This document shows, piece after piece, positions 9,801 through 20,038 of a stretch of 47,754 nucleotides of DNA (positions within the stretch are counted from its first letter, which is position 1; each line of letters begins with the position of its first letter). The translations under genes were made by a program, and so were the position numbers. A model generated the notes under the pieces. The model was not told the origin of the DNA and searched no databases. It saw nothing but the letters and a program-made list of their open reading frames with translations. This DNA is from Chromatiaceae bacterium (GTDB lineage Bacteria; Pseudomonadota; Gammaproteobacteria; SZUA-140): contig QIJH01000176.1 in assembly GCA_003232725.1 (NCBI GenBank), positions 1 through 47,754 of the forward strand, in the 5' to 3' direction.

Positions 9801-10615
9801 ATGATGGCGGAGCCTGCGCGCAGTGAGTTTCATGTTGAAATTAAGTCAAGTGAAACCAACGCTGTTGATGTGCTGGCTGAGGTCTCGGGTCTCTCTAAGC
9901 AGCGGGTAAAAATGGCGATGCAGCGTGGCGCGGTGTGGCTGACCAGTCGCGGCTCCTGTCGTCGTATTCGTCGTGCAAAAAAGATGCTACGTGGCGGTGA
10001 TGAGTTAGATTTTTATTATGATGAAAAGGTATTGTTGAGCGATCCTGTTACGCCTACATTGATCGTTGATGAAGGTAACCTTGTGGTCTACTATCGCAGG
10101 GCAGTAAGTGGGGAGATCACTGTACAGTGAGTCGCTGGGCAGAGCAGCATCTTACCCCACAGCGCCCCAGCTTTATTATTCATCGTCTGGATCGGGCGGC
10201 GACCGGTTTTATCTTAGTGGGGCATAGCAAAAAAGCGGCTGCGGCACTCTCTCATCTTTTTCAATTACGCGAGATTGAAAAACGTTATCGGGTGGTTGTG
10301 CATGGTGAGTTCAGCCCGATCACCATTACTATTGAGATTGATGGTAAAGCCTCCACCTCACATGTGACACGGATTGAATTTGATGCTCAACAACAACGCT
10401 CGTTATTGTCAGTGCATATTGAGACGGGGCGTAAACATCAAATCAGGCGTCATCTATCTAAAAGTGGTTATGCAGTCGTGGGGGATCGCCTTTACGGAAC
10501 TGGAACTGATAAAGAAGACCTGCAATTGACTGCCTGTTATCTCGCTTTTAAATGTCCGCTAAGTGGCAAGCCCCGCCGTTACGCATTGGCTGATGAATTA
10601 CTGCCCACACTATAG
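9801..10615 (+). pseudogene. RluA-family RNA pseudouridine synthase, frameshifted near 10077-10079
   Basis: S4-like N-terminal half (9801-10079). A second frame resumes PCGLLSQGSKWGDHC and continues through HRLD and TGRKHQIR to 10615. Confidence 0.85.
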
Positions 10616-11089
10616 TTTATGGCTCTTTGATAGCAGCCAGTAAACAATACCGAGCGACAGGGTGACGAGTGCAAAGGCGGTGATCATCATGGGTTCAAAT
10701 TCTTTTGGGTCCATCACCAGAAACTTTCTGGCGAGGGCAATAATGGCGATCAGCACCACAATCTTAACTTGTACCAGCAACCCCTTACCTTCCAAAATGG
10801 CATCGATTGAATTGCGAAATTCGAGTGCGATCAACAGTGTCAGCAGAATGCCAAAGGTGATCTGAAACATCTTGTAATCTACGCCGCCAGTGACTTGAGC
10901 CACGAGCATCTCATAGATGTTCTCTAGCAGGCTGAGAAGTGCGACGACAATAATCAGCGCCAGTACCAGGCTTACAATCAGAGTGACAACATATTCGAAG
11001 CGCTCAAATATGGTCAGCTCTGGCCACAACTCTTTGAGCCGTTGCAATCCTTTGCTGTTTGAGTGCACCAGTTTATTTTTATCCATCAT
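10610..11089 (-). CDS. Phosphate-starvation-inducible PsiE family membrane protein
   Basis: Four TM segments; LLTLLIALEF and IALARK motifs. Confidence 0.8.
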   Translation of the reverse strand: MMDKNKLVHSNSKGLQRLKELWPELTIFERFEYVVTLIVSLVLALIIVVALLSLLENIYEMLVAQVTGGVDYKMFQITFGILLTLLIALEFRNSIDAILEGKGLLVQVKIVVLIAIIALARKFLVMDPKEFEPMMITAFALVTLSLGIVYWLLSKSHKL

Positions 11090-11257
11090 GCTGCCTTACG
11101 TTATCGATCATTTTCTCCTTTAATATAACGGCCTCTTGTGGCAATTGATGATCTGATACTACTCCCTTGTGAATAGAGGGGACATGTACATCTTAACCTT
11201 GTTTGCTAACTCCGTTATGATGCCTTTCTTTGATAGATGTGACTTTAGGAAGATGAA

Positions 11258-11644
11258 ATGAGCGAAGTAGAAATTGAGCTATCGGTGAATGTCTTTGATG
11301 AGCCGTTGATTGCCTGCGGGACTGACCCTGTGACTGGTTTTTTTCGTGACGGTTGTTGCAATACTAACGAGCAGGATTTTGGTTCTCATACCGTCTGTGT
11401 ACAGATGTCGACGGAATTTCTTGAGTACTCCCGTTTTAAGGGGAATGACCTTTCAACACCGATGCCAGAACATGGCTTTAAAGGGTTAAAGCAGGGTGAT
11501 AGCTGGTGCTTATGCGCACCGCGCTGGTTAGAGGCACATGAAGAGGGGATGGCACCCAAAGTATTTTTGAGACGGACACATAAAAGAGCACTGGATGTAG
11601 TGCCGATGGCAATATTGAGGAAGTATGCTGCAGACTTGAACTGA
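11258..11644 (+). CDS. DUF2237 family protein
   Basis: TGFFRDGCC, GNDLSTP and WCLCA motifs. Confidence 0.88.
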   Translation: MSEVEIELSVNVFDEPLIACGTDPVTGFFRDGCCNTNEQDFGSHTVCVQMSTEFLEYSRFKGNDLSTPMPEHGFKGLKQGDSWCLCAPRWLEAHEEGMAPKVFLRRTHKRALDVVPMAILRKYAADLN

Positions 11645-11761
11645 TAAGAGATCGCTTAATCATTGATGGCCAGTGGCATTGTAAGGTTTTGATAATCGAT
11701 ACGACTACTACCTGGCCGGCACAAAATGTGTCGCAGTGAAATGGCTGAAAGGGGAGAGGGT

Positions 11762-12607
11762 ATGTTTCATCGTTGCAACATGGGTTTTTGGGCTGGTTTT
11801 TTGTTGTTGGGTGTGGTGTTGGCGGGGCCTTTCTATGCGGTGGCGACTACGATTAAAATTGCCGGATCAACCACTCTCTTACCGATTTTATCTGAAGCGG
11901 CAAAACAGTACCGTATTACCCATCCTGATTTGCGTTTAACTGTTTCAGGTGGCGGTTCTGGCATGGCCGTTGCCAATATTGAACGTGGTACGATTGATAT
12001 TGGGATGGCGTCTCGTCCACTCAGTGCGGGTGAAGCTGAGCGCCTCGGTAGTTCTACTGATGTGATCCCGGTGGCACGCGATGCGGTAGCGATTGCCGTC
12101 TCAAAGGCTGTCTATGAGAGTGGGGTAACACAGCTGTCGTTGGCACAAATCGCAGCGATCTATCGTGGTGAAATCCGCAACTGGCGTGAACTGGGTGGGC
12201 TGGATGCAACGATTCTGGTGATTGATAAAGAGGCCTCTCGTGGCACGCGCCATGTCTTTGCTTCTGTGGTGCTGGGCAACTCACGCGCACGTGCACCGGG
12301 CGCGACGATCATCACCGGCTCTAATAATGAAGAGCAATCTGTGATTTCACGCAGTGATCAAGCAATCGGAATGCTCTCTAATGCATGGTTAAATGATCGT
12401 GTACGTGCGATAGCGGTAGGTGAAGGCGATGCGGCTCTCTTACCCACGCTTGAAAATGTTGCGCTGGGACGCTATGTGATCAAACGTGATCTTAATATAC
12501 TGGTGCCAAAGGGCAGTGGTGTTGAGGTAAAAGAATTTGTTGATTTTCTACGTTCAGATCAGGGGCAGGCGATTGTGGAGATGGTAGGCTTTCATTCGGT
12601 GAGATAG
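11762..12607 (+). CDS. pstS: PstS-family periplasmic binding protein (divergent)
   Basis: Signal peptide; GSTT, GGGSG and DIGMASR motifs; purine-rich SD before ATG 11762. Confidence 0.8.
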   Translation: MFHRCNMGFWAGFLLLGVVLAGPFYAVATTIKIAGSTTLLPILSEAAKQYRITHPDLRLTVSGGGSGMAVANIERGTIDIGMASRPLSAGEAERLGSSTDVIPVARDAVAIAVSKAVYESGVTQLSLAQIAAIYRGEIRNWRELGGLDATILVIDKEASRGTRHVFASVVLGNSRARAPGATIITGSNNEEQSVISRSDQAIGMLSNAWLNDRVRAIAVGEGDAALLPTLENVALGRYVIKRDLNILVPKGSGVEVKEFVDFLRSDQGQAIVEMVGFHSVR

Positions 12608-12611
12608 CGCT

Positions 12612-13454
12612 GTGATATTGCGCTGGTGGTTATCGACGTCTGCGCTGTTATCTTCGTTGACGATTGTGCTGGTATTCGGTTTTTTGCTGCAAAGTAGTTG
12701 GCCATTGATTCAGCAGCAGGGCATCACCTTTATCATTGGTGATGAGTGGTACCCCTTTGAGTCACTGTACGGCATGTTACCGGCGCTGGTGGGTACTGTG
12801 TGGGCGGTGGCATTAGCGTTGTTGATTGCGCTGCCCTGTGGCGTTGCGGCGGCAATTTTATGTGCTGAGTTGTTGCCTGCTCAATTACGTGGCGCAATGC
12901 GTTTTAGTATGGAGCTGATGGCCGGGGTGCCTTCTGTTGTTTATGGTCTGCTCGGTATGTGGGTGTTGCTACCGCTATTAGAATCCCAGCTAGACCTGTT
13001 GACTGGACGCACGCTATTAGCTGCTGGTCTGTTACTCGCGTTAATGATTCTTCCCACTATTATGGTGCTCTCTGAAGATGCGATACGTGCGGTGAGTCAA
13101 TCACAGCGCGAAGCGGCAAAGAACCTGGGAATTGGCTGGGATGCCATGTTATGGCGTGTGCTGCTGCCGCAGGCGTGGCCCGGAATTCGCGTTGCAACCC
13201 TGCTTGCCACTGGACGCGCCATGGGTGAAACCGTTGCGGTGATGTTGGTGGTGGGCTCTATCGACCGCATTCCTGACCCTTTCTATAATTTTCTGCAACC
13301 GGCGCAAACGCTGACATCGCGCATCGGACGTGAGATGGCGGAAGCGAGTATCGGATCACTGCATTGGGCAGCATTGCTCTTTTGTGGCCTGCTATTGGCG
13401 ATAATCGCAATAGGATTATCGCTGCTGATTCAGCGTAAGGTAGTGGCTGCATGA
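12612..13454 (+). CDS. pstC: PstC-family ABC permease
   Basis: ELMAGVPSVVYG and GRAMGETVAV motifs. Confidence 0.85.
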   Translation: MILRWWLSTSALLSSLTIVLVFGFLLQSSWPLIQQQGITFIIGDEWYPFESLYGMLPALVGTVWAVALALLIALPCGVAAAILCAELLPAQLRGAMRFSMELMAGVPSVVYGLLGMWVLLPLLESQLDLLTGRTLLAAGLLLALMILPTIMVLSEDAIRAVSQSQREAAKNLGIGWDAMLWRVLLPQAWPGIRVATLLATGRAMGETVAVMLVVGSIDRIPDPFYNFLQPAQTLTSRIGREMAEASIGSLHWAALLFCGLLLAIIAIGLSLLIQRKVVAA

Positions 13455-14314
13455 GCGTACTTCAACAGCAATATCGAAATATGCTTAATCGATACACGCA
13501 CGGTAAAGCGCTGGTGCTGTTACTGGCACTGCCTGCACTGTTAATTCCAACCATGGTGCTCTGTTACATCTTTTGGCAGGCAGCACCGGTACTCGACTGG
13601 AATTTTTTGTTTGGTACGGCGGATGGCATTGGTTTTGGGGTGACTGAGGGCATCTTTTCTCAGTTAGTGGGTTCATTATTGCTGGCAACGATGGCATGCC
13701 TTATCGCGACCCCTTTTGCGCTGGGTACGGCACTTTATTATCGCACCTTTGCAACGCCCTGGCAGCAACAGTTGCTGAGCGCCCTGTTTAATATGTTGCA
13801 GGGTATACCACCGATTGTCTTTGGTCTGTGTGGTCTGGTGGTATTGGTGAACCTGTTTTCATGGGGTGTTTCATTGCTAAGTGGCGCGGTGGTGTTGGCG
13901 GTGGTGGTGTTACCGTTACTGGCGCTCAATACGTTGGCCACATTAGAACGCATACCCAATGAATATAGTGAAGCCGGCAGTGCGCTTGGTTTAACAAAAG
14001 GGGCGATTATTTTACGTCTGTGGTTACCGCGTAGTTGGCGCCAGTTGTTGACTGGCTTGCTGCTGGCGATGGCGCGCGCGCTGAGTGAAACTGCGCCCAT
14101 TATGTTTACTGCAACGGTTTTTTCCGGAGTGGTTTGGCCGGATTCTATTTTTTCACCTGTCACCACGTTGCAGACTCATATATTCTATCTTGCGCAGGAG
14201 GGGAATGATCCGTTATTGATTAGTATTGCCTGGGGAAGTGCGGCAGTGCTGGTTTTACTGGTCGCATTTTTTGCTCTGTTGGCAAGGTTGTTACCAAAAT
14301 CAGGAGGTAATTAG
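13451..14314 (+). CDS. pstA: PstA-family ABC permease
   Basis: GIPPIVFGL and ARALSETAPI motifs; ATGA overlap with pstC. Confidence 0.85.
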   Translation: MSVLQQQYRNMLNRYTHGKALVLLLALPALLIPTMVLCYIFWQAAPVLDWNFLFGTADGIGFGVTEGIFSQLVGSLLLATMACLIATPFALGTALYYRTFATPWQQQLLSALFNMLQGIPPIVFGLCGLVVLVNLFSWGVSLLSGAVVLAVVVLPLLALNTLATLERIPNEYSEAGSALGLTKGAIILRLWLPRSWRQLLTGLLLAMARALSETAPIMFTATVFSGVVWPDSIFSPVTTLQTHIFYLAQEGNDPLLISIAWGSAAVLVLLVAFFALLARLLPKSGGN

Positions 14315-15132
14315 TGGTCGCAGATCTCAGGCATGATGATTTTCTTCAAGCAGAACCGGCTGGGCCGCTTGAGTCATCTCAAAACCAGCCGTCAGCAGTG
14401 TTAACGGTAGAAAAACTGGCGCTGAGCCTCGCTGGAAAAGAAATTTTACAGCAGGTCGATTTTTCATTGTCAGCGATTGGTGTGACCTCTGTAATAGGGC
14501 CGTCGGGTGCTGGTAAAAGTTCTCTGTTGCGCTGTTTGAATGGTTTGGAAAGCGGATGGACAGGTGGCGTAAAAATTGATGGAAATGATATTCGCCAATG
14601 GCCTGGCGGCTGGGATCAATTGCGCCGTCATGTGGGGTTGATCGCACAAAAACCACTGGTCTTTAATACTTCGATTCGTGCCAATGTTTGTTTTGGACTT
14701 CACGGCTGGCGTCAGCGCCGCCGTGCTGATGGATTGGTTAAAGCATCATTGCAGCAGGCAGCACTGTGGGATGAAGTGGCAGATCGACTTGATGCAGCAG
14801 CGACGACACTCTCTGTGGGGCAGCAACAGCGCCTTTGTATTGCGCGCGCGATTGCCATCAAACCGAAGATTCTACTGCTTGATGAACCAACCGCATCATT
14901 AGACCCGCTCTCAAAGCAGTTGATAGAGCAGTCGATGTTACAGCTTGCACAGCAGATTCCGCTGATCTGTGTCACGCACGACCTGGAACAGGCGCAGCGC
15001 CTCAAGGGGCAGGTTATTTTTATGTGTGATGGACGGGTGATTGAGCAAGCCGCGAGCGATCAGTTTTTTAGGCAGCCGCAGCAGATTGAAACACGTGAGT
15101 TTTTGCGCTGGAGTGTGTGTGACTGTGATTAA
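14314..15132 (+). CDS. pstB: PstB-family ABC ATPase
   Basis: GPSGAGKS, LSVGQQQRLCIARA, LLLDEPT and VTH motifs. Confidence 0.85.
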   Translation: MVADLRHDDFLQAEPAGPLESSQNQPSAVLTVEKLALSLAGKEILQQVDFSLSAIGVTSVIGPSGAGKSSLLRCLNGLESGWTGGVKIDGNDIRQWPGGWDQLRRHVGLIAQKPLVFNTSIRANVCFGLHGWRQRRRADGLVKASLQQAALWDEVADRLDAAATTLSVGQQQRLCIARAIAIKPKILLLDEPTASLDPLSKQLIEQSMLQLAQQIPLICVTHDLEQAQRLKGQVIFMCDGRVIEQAASDQFFRQPQQIETREFLRWSVCDCD

Positions 15133-15437
15133 ACCTACAGCCTCTAGTCGTAACGGCTGCAACTGAGATTGCAACTGCATGTGGAATAGCATAGATAATT
15201 AATATTTTTCTTATTTTAATCAATTGATTAAAATGAATAATAAACCTTATTTATAGCCTGTTCGAGGTGGCAATATGCGCGTCAAATTAGTGCTAAATCG
15301 CACTGTGAGTGGCTAGAAATGTAAGTTATGTTCCTTATGCGTCATGGTGGGAGTGTCCGTGTGCGGCGATCTGCGTATAATGGCCAATCTATCGTTTGCT
15401 GCCCCCCTTAATTAATATAAAAATAACCAAGAGTTTT

Positions 15438-16841
15438 ATGATGTTGCAGATCTACAACACCCTTAACAATCAAAAAGAACGCTTTGTACCGATTGAACCC
15501 GGCAAGGTGAAAATGTACGTCTGTGGGATGACGGTTTATGACTACTGCCATGTTGGCCACGCACGGGTGCTGGTGGTGTTTGATGTGATTGCACGTTACC
15601 TGCGTGAAAGCGGCTATGAGCTGACATATGTGCGTAACATCACCGATATTGATGATAAAATCATCACTCGTGCTAATGAAAGTGGCGAGACGATTGAGGC
15701 GCTCACCTCGCATTTTATCGATGCGATGCGTGAAGATGCCGCTGCACTTGGGGTGTTGCCGCCTGATGCAGAGCCATGTGCAACGACTTCGATGGATCAG
15801 ATCATCAAGATGATTAAAACCCTGATTGAAAAGGAGTATGCCTACGCCGGTGATAATGGCGATGTCTATTACGATGTGAGCCGTTTTGATGGCTATGGCC
15901 AACTCTCAGGTAAACGAATTGAAGACTTGCGTGCTGGTGAGCGGGTTGGGGTGGATAGTGCCAAAGATGACCCGCTCGATTTTGTATTGTGGAAATCAGC
16001 CAAGCTGAATGAGCCGAGTTGGGAGTCTCCATGGGGCAATGGTCGTCCGGGCTGGCATATCGAATGTTCCGCGATGGCGACTGATTGTTTAGGGAATCAT
16101 TTTGATATCCACGGTGGTGGGCTAGACCTTCAGTTCCCACACCATGAAAACGAGATTGCACAGAGCGAAGCCGCAACCGGTTGCCAGTTTGTCAATTACT
16201 GGATCCATAACGGCTTTGTGCAGATTAATGAAGAGAAGATGTCCAAGTCACTGGGTAACTTTTTTACCTTGCGTGAAGTGTTAAAAACATATGCGCCAGA
16301 AGTGATCCGTTATTTTATTCTGGCCAGTCACTACCGCAGCCCACTTAACTATGCGGATCAAAATCTCGATGGTGCCAAGCTGGCATTAGCGCGTTTTTAC
16401 ACCGCGCTACGTAGTGTCGATGTCACTTTGGTGACCGATGGCGGTGAATACCAGGCGCGTTTCCGTGCTGCGATGGATGATGACTTCAACACCCCGGAAG
16501 CGTTGGCGGTACTCTTTGAAATGGCGACTGTATTGAACCGTGCCAAGAGTGATAAAGATGCTCAGCTGGCGTCACTGCTGGCAGGCAACCTGCGCTATCT
16601 TGCGGGTGTGATTGGTTTGCTGCAAGGCGATGCAGATACCTTTCTAAAAGGCCACGCGACGCCTGGTGGGCTGAGTGATGAGCAGATCGAAACCCTGCTG
16701 CAACAGCGCATCGATGCCAAGCAGGCAAAAGCGTGGGGTGAAGCGGACCGCATTCGTGATGAATTGCTGGAACAAGGGGTGATTGTCGAAGATGGTGCGG
16801 CTGGTAGTCGTTGGCGTAGAGGGCCATTTATTGCTCAGTGA
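15438..16841 (+). CDS. cysS: Cysteine-tRNA ligase
   Basis: [20 protein letters not shown] and KMSKS motifs; start at 15438 or 15441. Confidence 0.97.
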   Translation: MMLQIYNTLNNQKERFVPIEPGKVKMYVCGMTVYDYCHVGHARVLVVFDVIARYLRESGYELTYVRNITDIDDKIITRANESGETIEALTSHFIDAMREDAAALGVLPPDAEPCATTSMDQIIKMIKTLIEKEYAYAGDNGDVYYDVSRFDGYGQLSGKRIEDLRAGERVGVDSAKDDPLDFVLWKSAKLNEPSWESPWGNGRPGWHIECSAMATDCLGNHFDIHGGGLDLQFPHHENEIAQSEAATGCQFVNYWIHNGFVQINEEKMSKSLGNFFTLREVLKTYAPEVIRYFILASHYRSPLNYADQNLDGAKLALARFYTALRSVDVTLVTDGGEYQARFRAAMDDDFNTPEALAVLFEMATVLNRAKSDKDAQLASLLAGNLRYLAGVIGLLQGDADTFLKGHATPGGLSDEQIETLLQQRIDAKQAKAWGEADRIRDELLEQGVIVEDGAAGSRWRRGPFIAQ

Positions 16842-16927
16842 GGGCGCAGTAAACGTATTCTGGGGCGCGGTGTTATTATAGTATAGGTATAGGCGATAGT
16901 GTTTTTAGAATAATTGCTACTTGAGTC

Positions 16928-17003
16928 TGGACTATCATTGAAATGATGGACACAACTGCTACACAAAAATTCAGAGATGACCTCGCTATCTTTATTACCA
17001 TTC
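16928..17003 (+). mobile_element. Possible IS3-family terminal remnant
   Basis: TGGACTATCATTGAAATGATGGACAC resembles IS3-type left ends (TG...GGACAC); followed by fragments readable as YTK-FRD and SLS-YYH. Confidence 0.3.
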
Positions 17004-17008
17004 CAGAT

Positions 17009-17034
17009 AAAGAGCGGCGTCGGTGTCGCTCTTT
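17009..17034. terminator. Probable bidirectional intrinsic terminator between convergent cysS and sulP
   Basis: AAAGAGCGGCG-TCGG-TGTCGCTCTTT stem-loop. Confidence 0.65.
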
Positions 17035-17061
17035 GTGATCATCTGTTTTGCATGCTCCCCC

Positions 17062-18660
17062 TCACTCAGCAGATGACGCGGTGGTTTTATTCTGCGCGCT
17101 GGTAGAAACGTGATAGTGAGGATCCTCTGAAACATTCACCTCAATCAGCTCTTTTGCATCTTGTAACAATACCTGGCATTCAGGACTTAAATGCTTCAAA
17201 ATTAGTTTTTTATCGGCCGCTTGATATTTTTTTGTTAGATTGTCGATGGCTTCAATCCCGGTGTGATCATATACACGTGAGTGCATGAAATCGATACTCA
17301 CCGTTTGAGGGTCATGTTGGGGATCAAACTGGTCGATAAAGTTCTTGGCTGATGCAAAGAATAGCGGCCCATGTACCTTGTATTCTTTGATGGTTTCACC
17401 ATCATTTTCCGTGGTGTTTGCTTCGAGAATAATACGTTCTGCATGCTGCCAGGCAAAAACCAGGGCAGAGATGATGACGCCTGCAATAACTGCAACCGCT
17501 AAATCAAACATCACGGTTAACACCGTCACCAGCACCATAATAAAGGCGTCAGCTTTTGTCATTCCGCGCATAATGTTCCAGCTTGACCAGTTAAATGTCG
17601 CAATCACAACAAAGAACATCAAACCAACCAGGGCACCGATGGGTACCATCTCAATCCACGAAGAGGCGACCAAAACAATCATTAACAAGCCAGACGCTGC
17701 TACCACTCCAGAGAGTCTACCTCTGCCCCCAGAGTTAACATTAATCATCGACTGGCCTATCAACGCACAACCACCCATGGTGCCAAATGCACCCGCGGTG
17801 CAGTTAGCTGCGCCTAATGCGATACACTCTTTATTCGCTTTACCACGCGTTTCAGTGATGTCATCAATCAAGGTCATTGTCAGCAGTGACTCAACCGAAC
17901 CAATAATTGTTAGAATGAGCGCGTAAGGGAGAATAATCCACAGGGTTGCGAAAGAGAAAAAGTCTGGTGGTAGTGCAGTAAACCAGCTTAATCCTTGAAA
18001 ACCACCCTCTTTACCATCACCAAAAATTAGCGACGCTAACGTCCCGGAAACTGATGCGCGATCACCCACTGTCACCGCATTAATATCAAATATCACCACC
18101 GCCACAGAAACCAGCACAATGGCTGCAAGTGCAGAAGGCACTGCTTTAGTCAATCGTGGTAAAAGATAGATAATCGCCATCGTTGCGGCAATGATCATTG
18201 CCATAATCATCATGCTGTCAGTCGATAACCAATCTCCATCGGCATCTTTAAACTGGCTAAATTGTGCGAATAAGATGATTAGTGCTAAACCATTGACGAA
18301 TCCCAACATCACTGGTGCAGGCACCATTCGAATAAAGCGTCCCCACTTCATCACGCCGATAAAAATTTGAAACATGCCCATCAAGATGACCGCAGCAAAT
18401 AGAAAAGAGGCACCATGTTCCATCACCAAATGCATCATCACAACGGCCAATGAGCCGGCCGCCGCACTGATCATACCAGGACGACCACCAAACATTGCGG
18501 TGATGAAACCAACAATAATCGCTGCGTACAACCCCACCAGTGGATGTACTCCCGCAACAAATGCAAATGCCACCGCTTCTGGTACCAAGGCGAGACACAC
18601 GGTGATACCAGAGAGTAGATCAGCTTTAAGGTTATTGTGGGGGGGGCGTAGATCAAACAT
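17062..18660 (-). CDS. SulP/SLC26 anion transporter with STAS domain
   Basis: LALVPEAVAF, GGRPGMIS and GGCALIGQS motifs; C-terminal STAS (GPLFF, DHTGIEAI). Confidence 0.93.
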   Translation of the reverse strand: MFDLRPPHNNLKADLLSGITVCLALVPEAVAFAFVAGVHPLVGLYAAIIVGFITAMFGGRPGMISAAAGSLAVVMMHLVMEHGASFLFAAVILMGMFQIFIGVMKWGRFIRMVPAPVMLGFVNGLALIILFAQFSQFKDADGDWLSTDSMMIMAMIIAATMAIIYLLPRLTKAVPSALAAIVLVSVAVVIFDINAVTVGDRASVSGTLASLIFGDGKEGGFQGLSWFTALPPDFFSFATLWIILPYALILTIIGSVESLLTMTLIDDITETRGKANKECIALGAANCTAGAFGTMGGCALIGQSMINVNSGGRGRLSGVVAASGLLMIVLVASSWIEMVPIGALVGLMFFVVIATFNWSSWNIMRGMTKADAFIMVLVTVLTVMFDLAVAVIAGVIISALVFAWQHAERIILEANTTENDGETIKEYKVHGPLFFASAKNFIDQFDPQHDPQTVSIDFMHSRVYDHTGIEAIDNLTKKYQAADKKLILKHLSPECQVLLQDAKELIEVNVSEDPHYHVSTSAQNKTTASSAE

Positions 18661-18798
18661 GTGCGGGGGGCTCTCGAGTGTAGGGCGAATTCGAGGGCAG
18701 TATTATACAGAAATCAGCCCGTTTCTGCAATTGACTGGTTTTCAAGGCTTTTTTCTAATAGAGTAGGGCGGAATATGGAGAGCGACGAACATTTTTTA

Positions 18799-18835
18799 TA
18801 AAGACCCTTGCGAAGATAACCCGCAAGGCTCTTTA
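18799..18835 (-). terminator. Terminator hairpin downstream of the cold-shock gene
   Basis: TAAAGACCCTTGCG and CGCAAGGCTCTTTA form an imperfect inverted repeat. Confidence 0.55.
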
Positions 18836-18861
18836 CCAAGAGCAGCGCATTAATGCATTAT

Positions 18862-19068
18862 TTAGCTATCAGCTGATACTTGTGATGCCTGAAGGCCTTT
18901 AGGGCCATCTTCAACGTTGAAGCTGACGGCTTGTCCTTCTGCTAGTGTTTTAAACCCATCACCAGCGATTGCTGAGAAGTGGACAAAAACATCTGCGCTG
19001 CCATCAGCGGGAGTGATGAAACCGAAACCTTTAGATTCGTTAAACCATTTAACGGTGCCTGTAACCAT
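18862..19068 (-). CDS. Cold-shock protein (CspA family), 68 aa
   Basis: KWFN, KGFGFI (RNP1) and VFVHFS (RNP2); AGAGG SD before ATG at 19068. Confidence 0.96.
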   Translation of the reverse strand: MVTGTVKWFNESKGFGFITPADGSADVFVHFSAIAGDGFKTLAEGQAVSFNVEDGPKGLQASQVSADS

Positions 19069-19233
19069 GTCATTACCTCTAGTCAAAAAAATTTTCAAAT
19101 TCAATTGCTATTTGGATAGAGCATAAGCAGCAATTTATTTGAGTGTACCTATTTCCTTATAAAATGTGAACTTCTTATGAAACATGACTGTTTTTTATAT
19201 TTTTCCTTAAAAATAGCCATGATCAGTATCATT

Positions 19234-19375
19234 GAGACCTTTGTACGAGAGCTAGTTTTCGTTCCAGTAAGGCCTAAATGGTCGAAAAAACGGCGTTTAC
19301 ACAAAATAAATGAGTATTTGATTGAGGTCATTTATAACGTGGCTGGAGCAGAAAATAGACTCGTGCAAAGGTCTC
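19234..19375. mobile_element. Miniature inverted-repeat element, family A copy 1 (142 bp)
   Basis: TIRs GAGACCTTTGTACGAG and CTCGTGCAAAGGTCTC (15/16 match); TCATT repeated on both flanks. Confidence 0.85.
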
Positions 19376-19430
19376 TCATTAAATATCAACACTATTGCGC
19401 TATTTAAAAAAGAGTAGCAGCGCGGGGTTC

Positions 19431-19979
19431 CTAATTGAAATTTTCGAAAGATATTTTTAATTGTATAAACCATAGTGGGATTAGCTTAGGCTGAACTTCC
19501 GGCACATAGCTGATATTAAACGCCACTTTGTCTGTACCAATTGTAAATGCAGGTAAGGCGCCTAAAAATGGGCGCCGATTACGGTGATCTTTACGCGTCA
19601 TCACAAAGCCGACAATGCCGGCGCTGAAATGAAAGTCTTCGTAAAGGTTATCGAGTGAAAAACGCCTCATGATTCCGCCACCGGCATAAAACGAATTACG
19701 CTCATATGAATCTTTGAAAATGGAGGTGGTTAGATAGGGTTGCCAATATCCCTTGTAGATATCGTAGTCATACTGCAGGCCAAGCCCCCAGTTTTTTTCA
19801 TTAAAAGAACCTTTCTTCGGCTGCCGCTCATGAATGGATTTCCCATTAATTATTAAGCTATACCCTTCAGCTTCTGCAGTCTGGCTTGCTGCAAGCGAAA
19901 ATATTGTCAGTAGTAGAGCGATTGTTAAGCGGCTACTATTTCGCCAAAATAATGACGACTTGATGGGTTCTATCTTCAT
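19431..19979 (-). CDS. Secreted/outer-membrane beta-barrel protein, PagP-like
   Basis: Signal peptide ending AEA; NEKNWGLG and FKDSY motifs; alternating aromatic beta-strands. Confidence 0.6.
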   Translation of the reverse strand: MKIEPIKSSLFWRNSSRLTIALLLTIFSLAASQTAEAEGYSLIINGKSIHERQPKKGSFNEKNWGLGLQYDYDIYKGYWQPYLTTSIFKDSYERNSFYAGGGIMRRFSLDNLYEDFHFSAGIVGFVMTRKDHRNRRPFLGALPAFTIGTDKVAFNISYVPEVQPKLIPLWFIQLKISFENFN

Positions 19980-20038
19980 CGATCTACGCTCATCCCTGTT
20001 TTAGGCTTCATCTGCTGACAAAACAGATCAATTGATCT

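Noticed and set aside
11660-11700. Pho box upstream of pstS (TTGTAAG-GTTT-TGATAAT)
   Set aside because: Too many mismatches to the CTGTCAT direct-repeat consensus.
16820-16841. CysS tail GPFIAQ after WRR as a stop-codon deletion
   Set aside because: Short C-terminal extensions vary naturally; no junction evidence.
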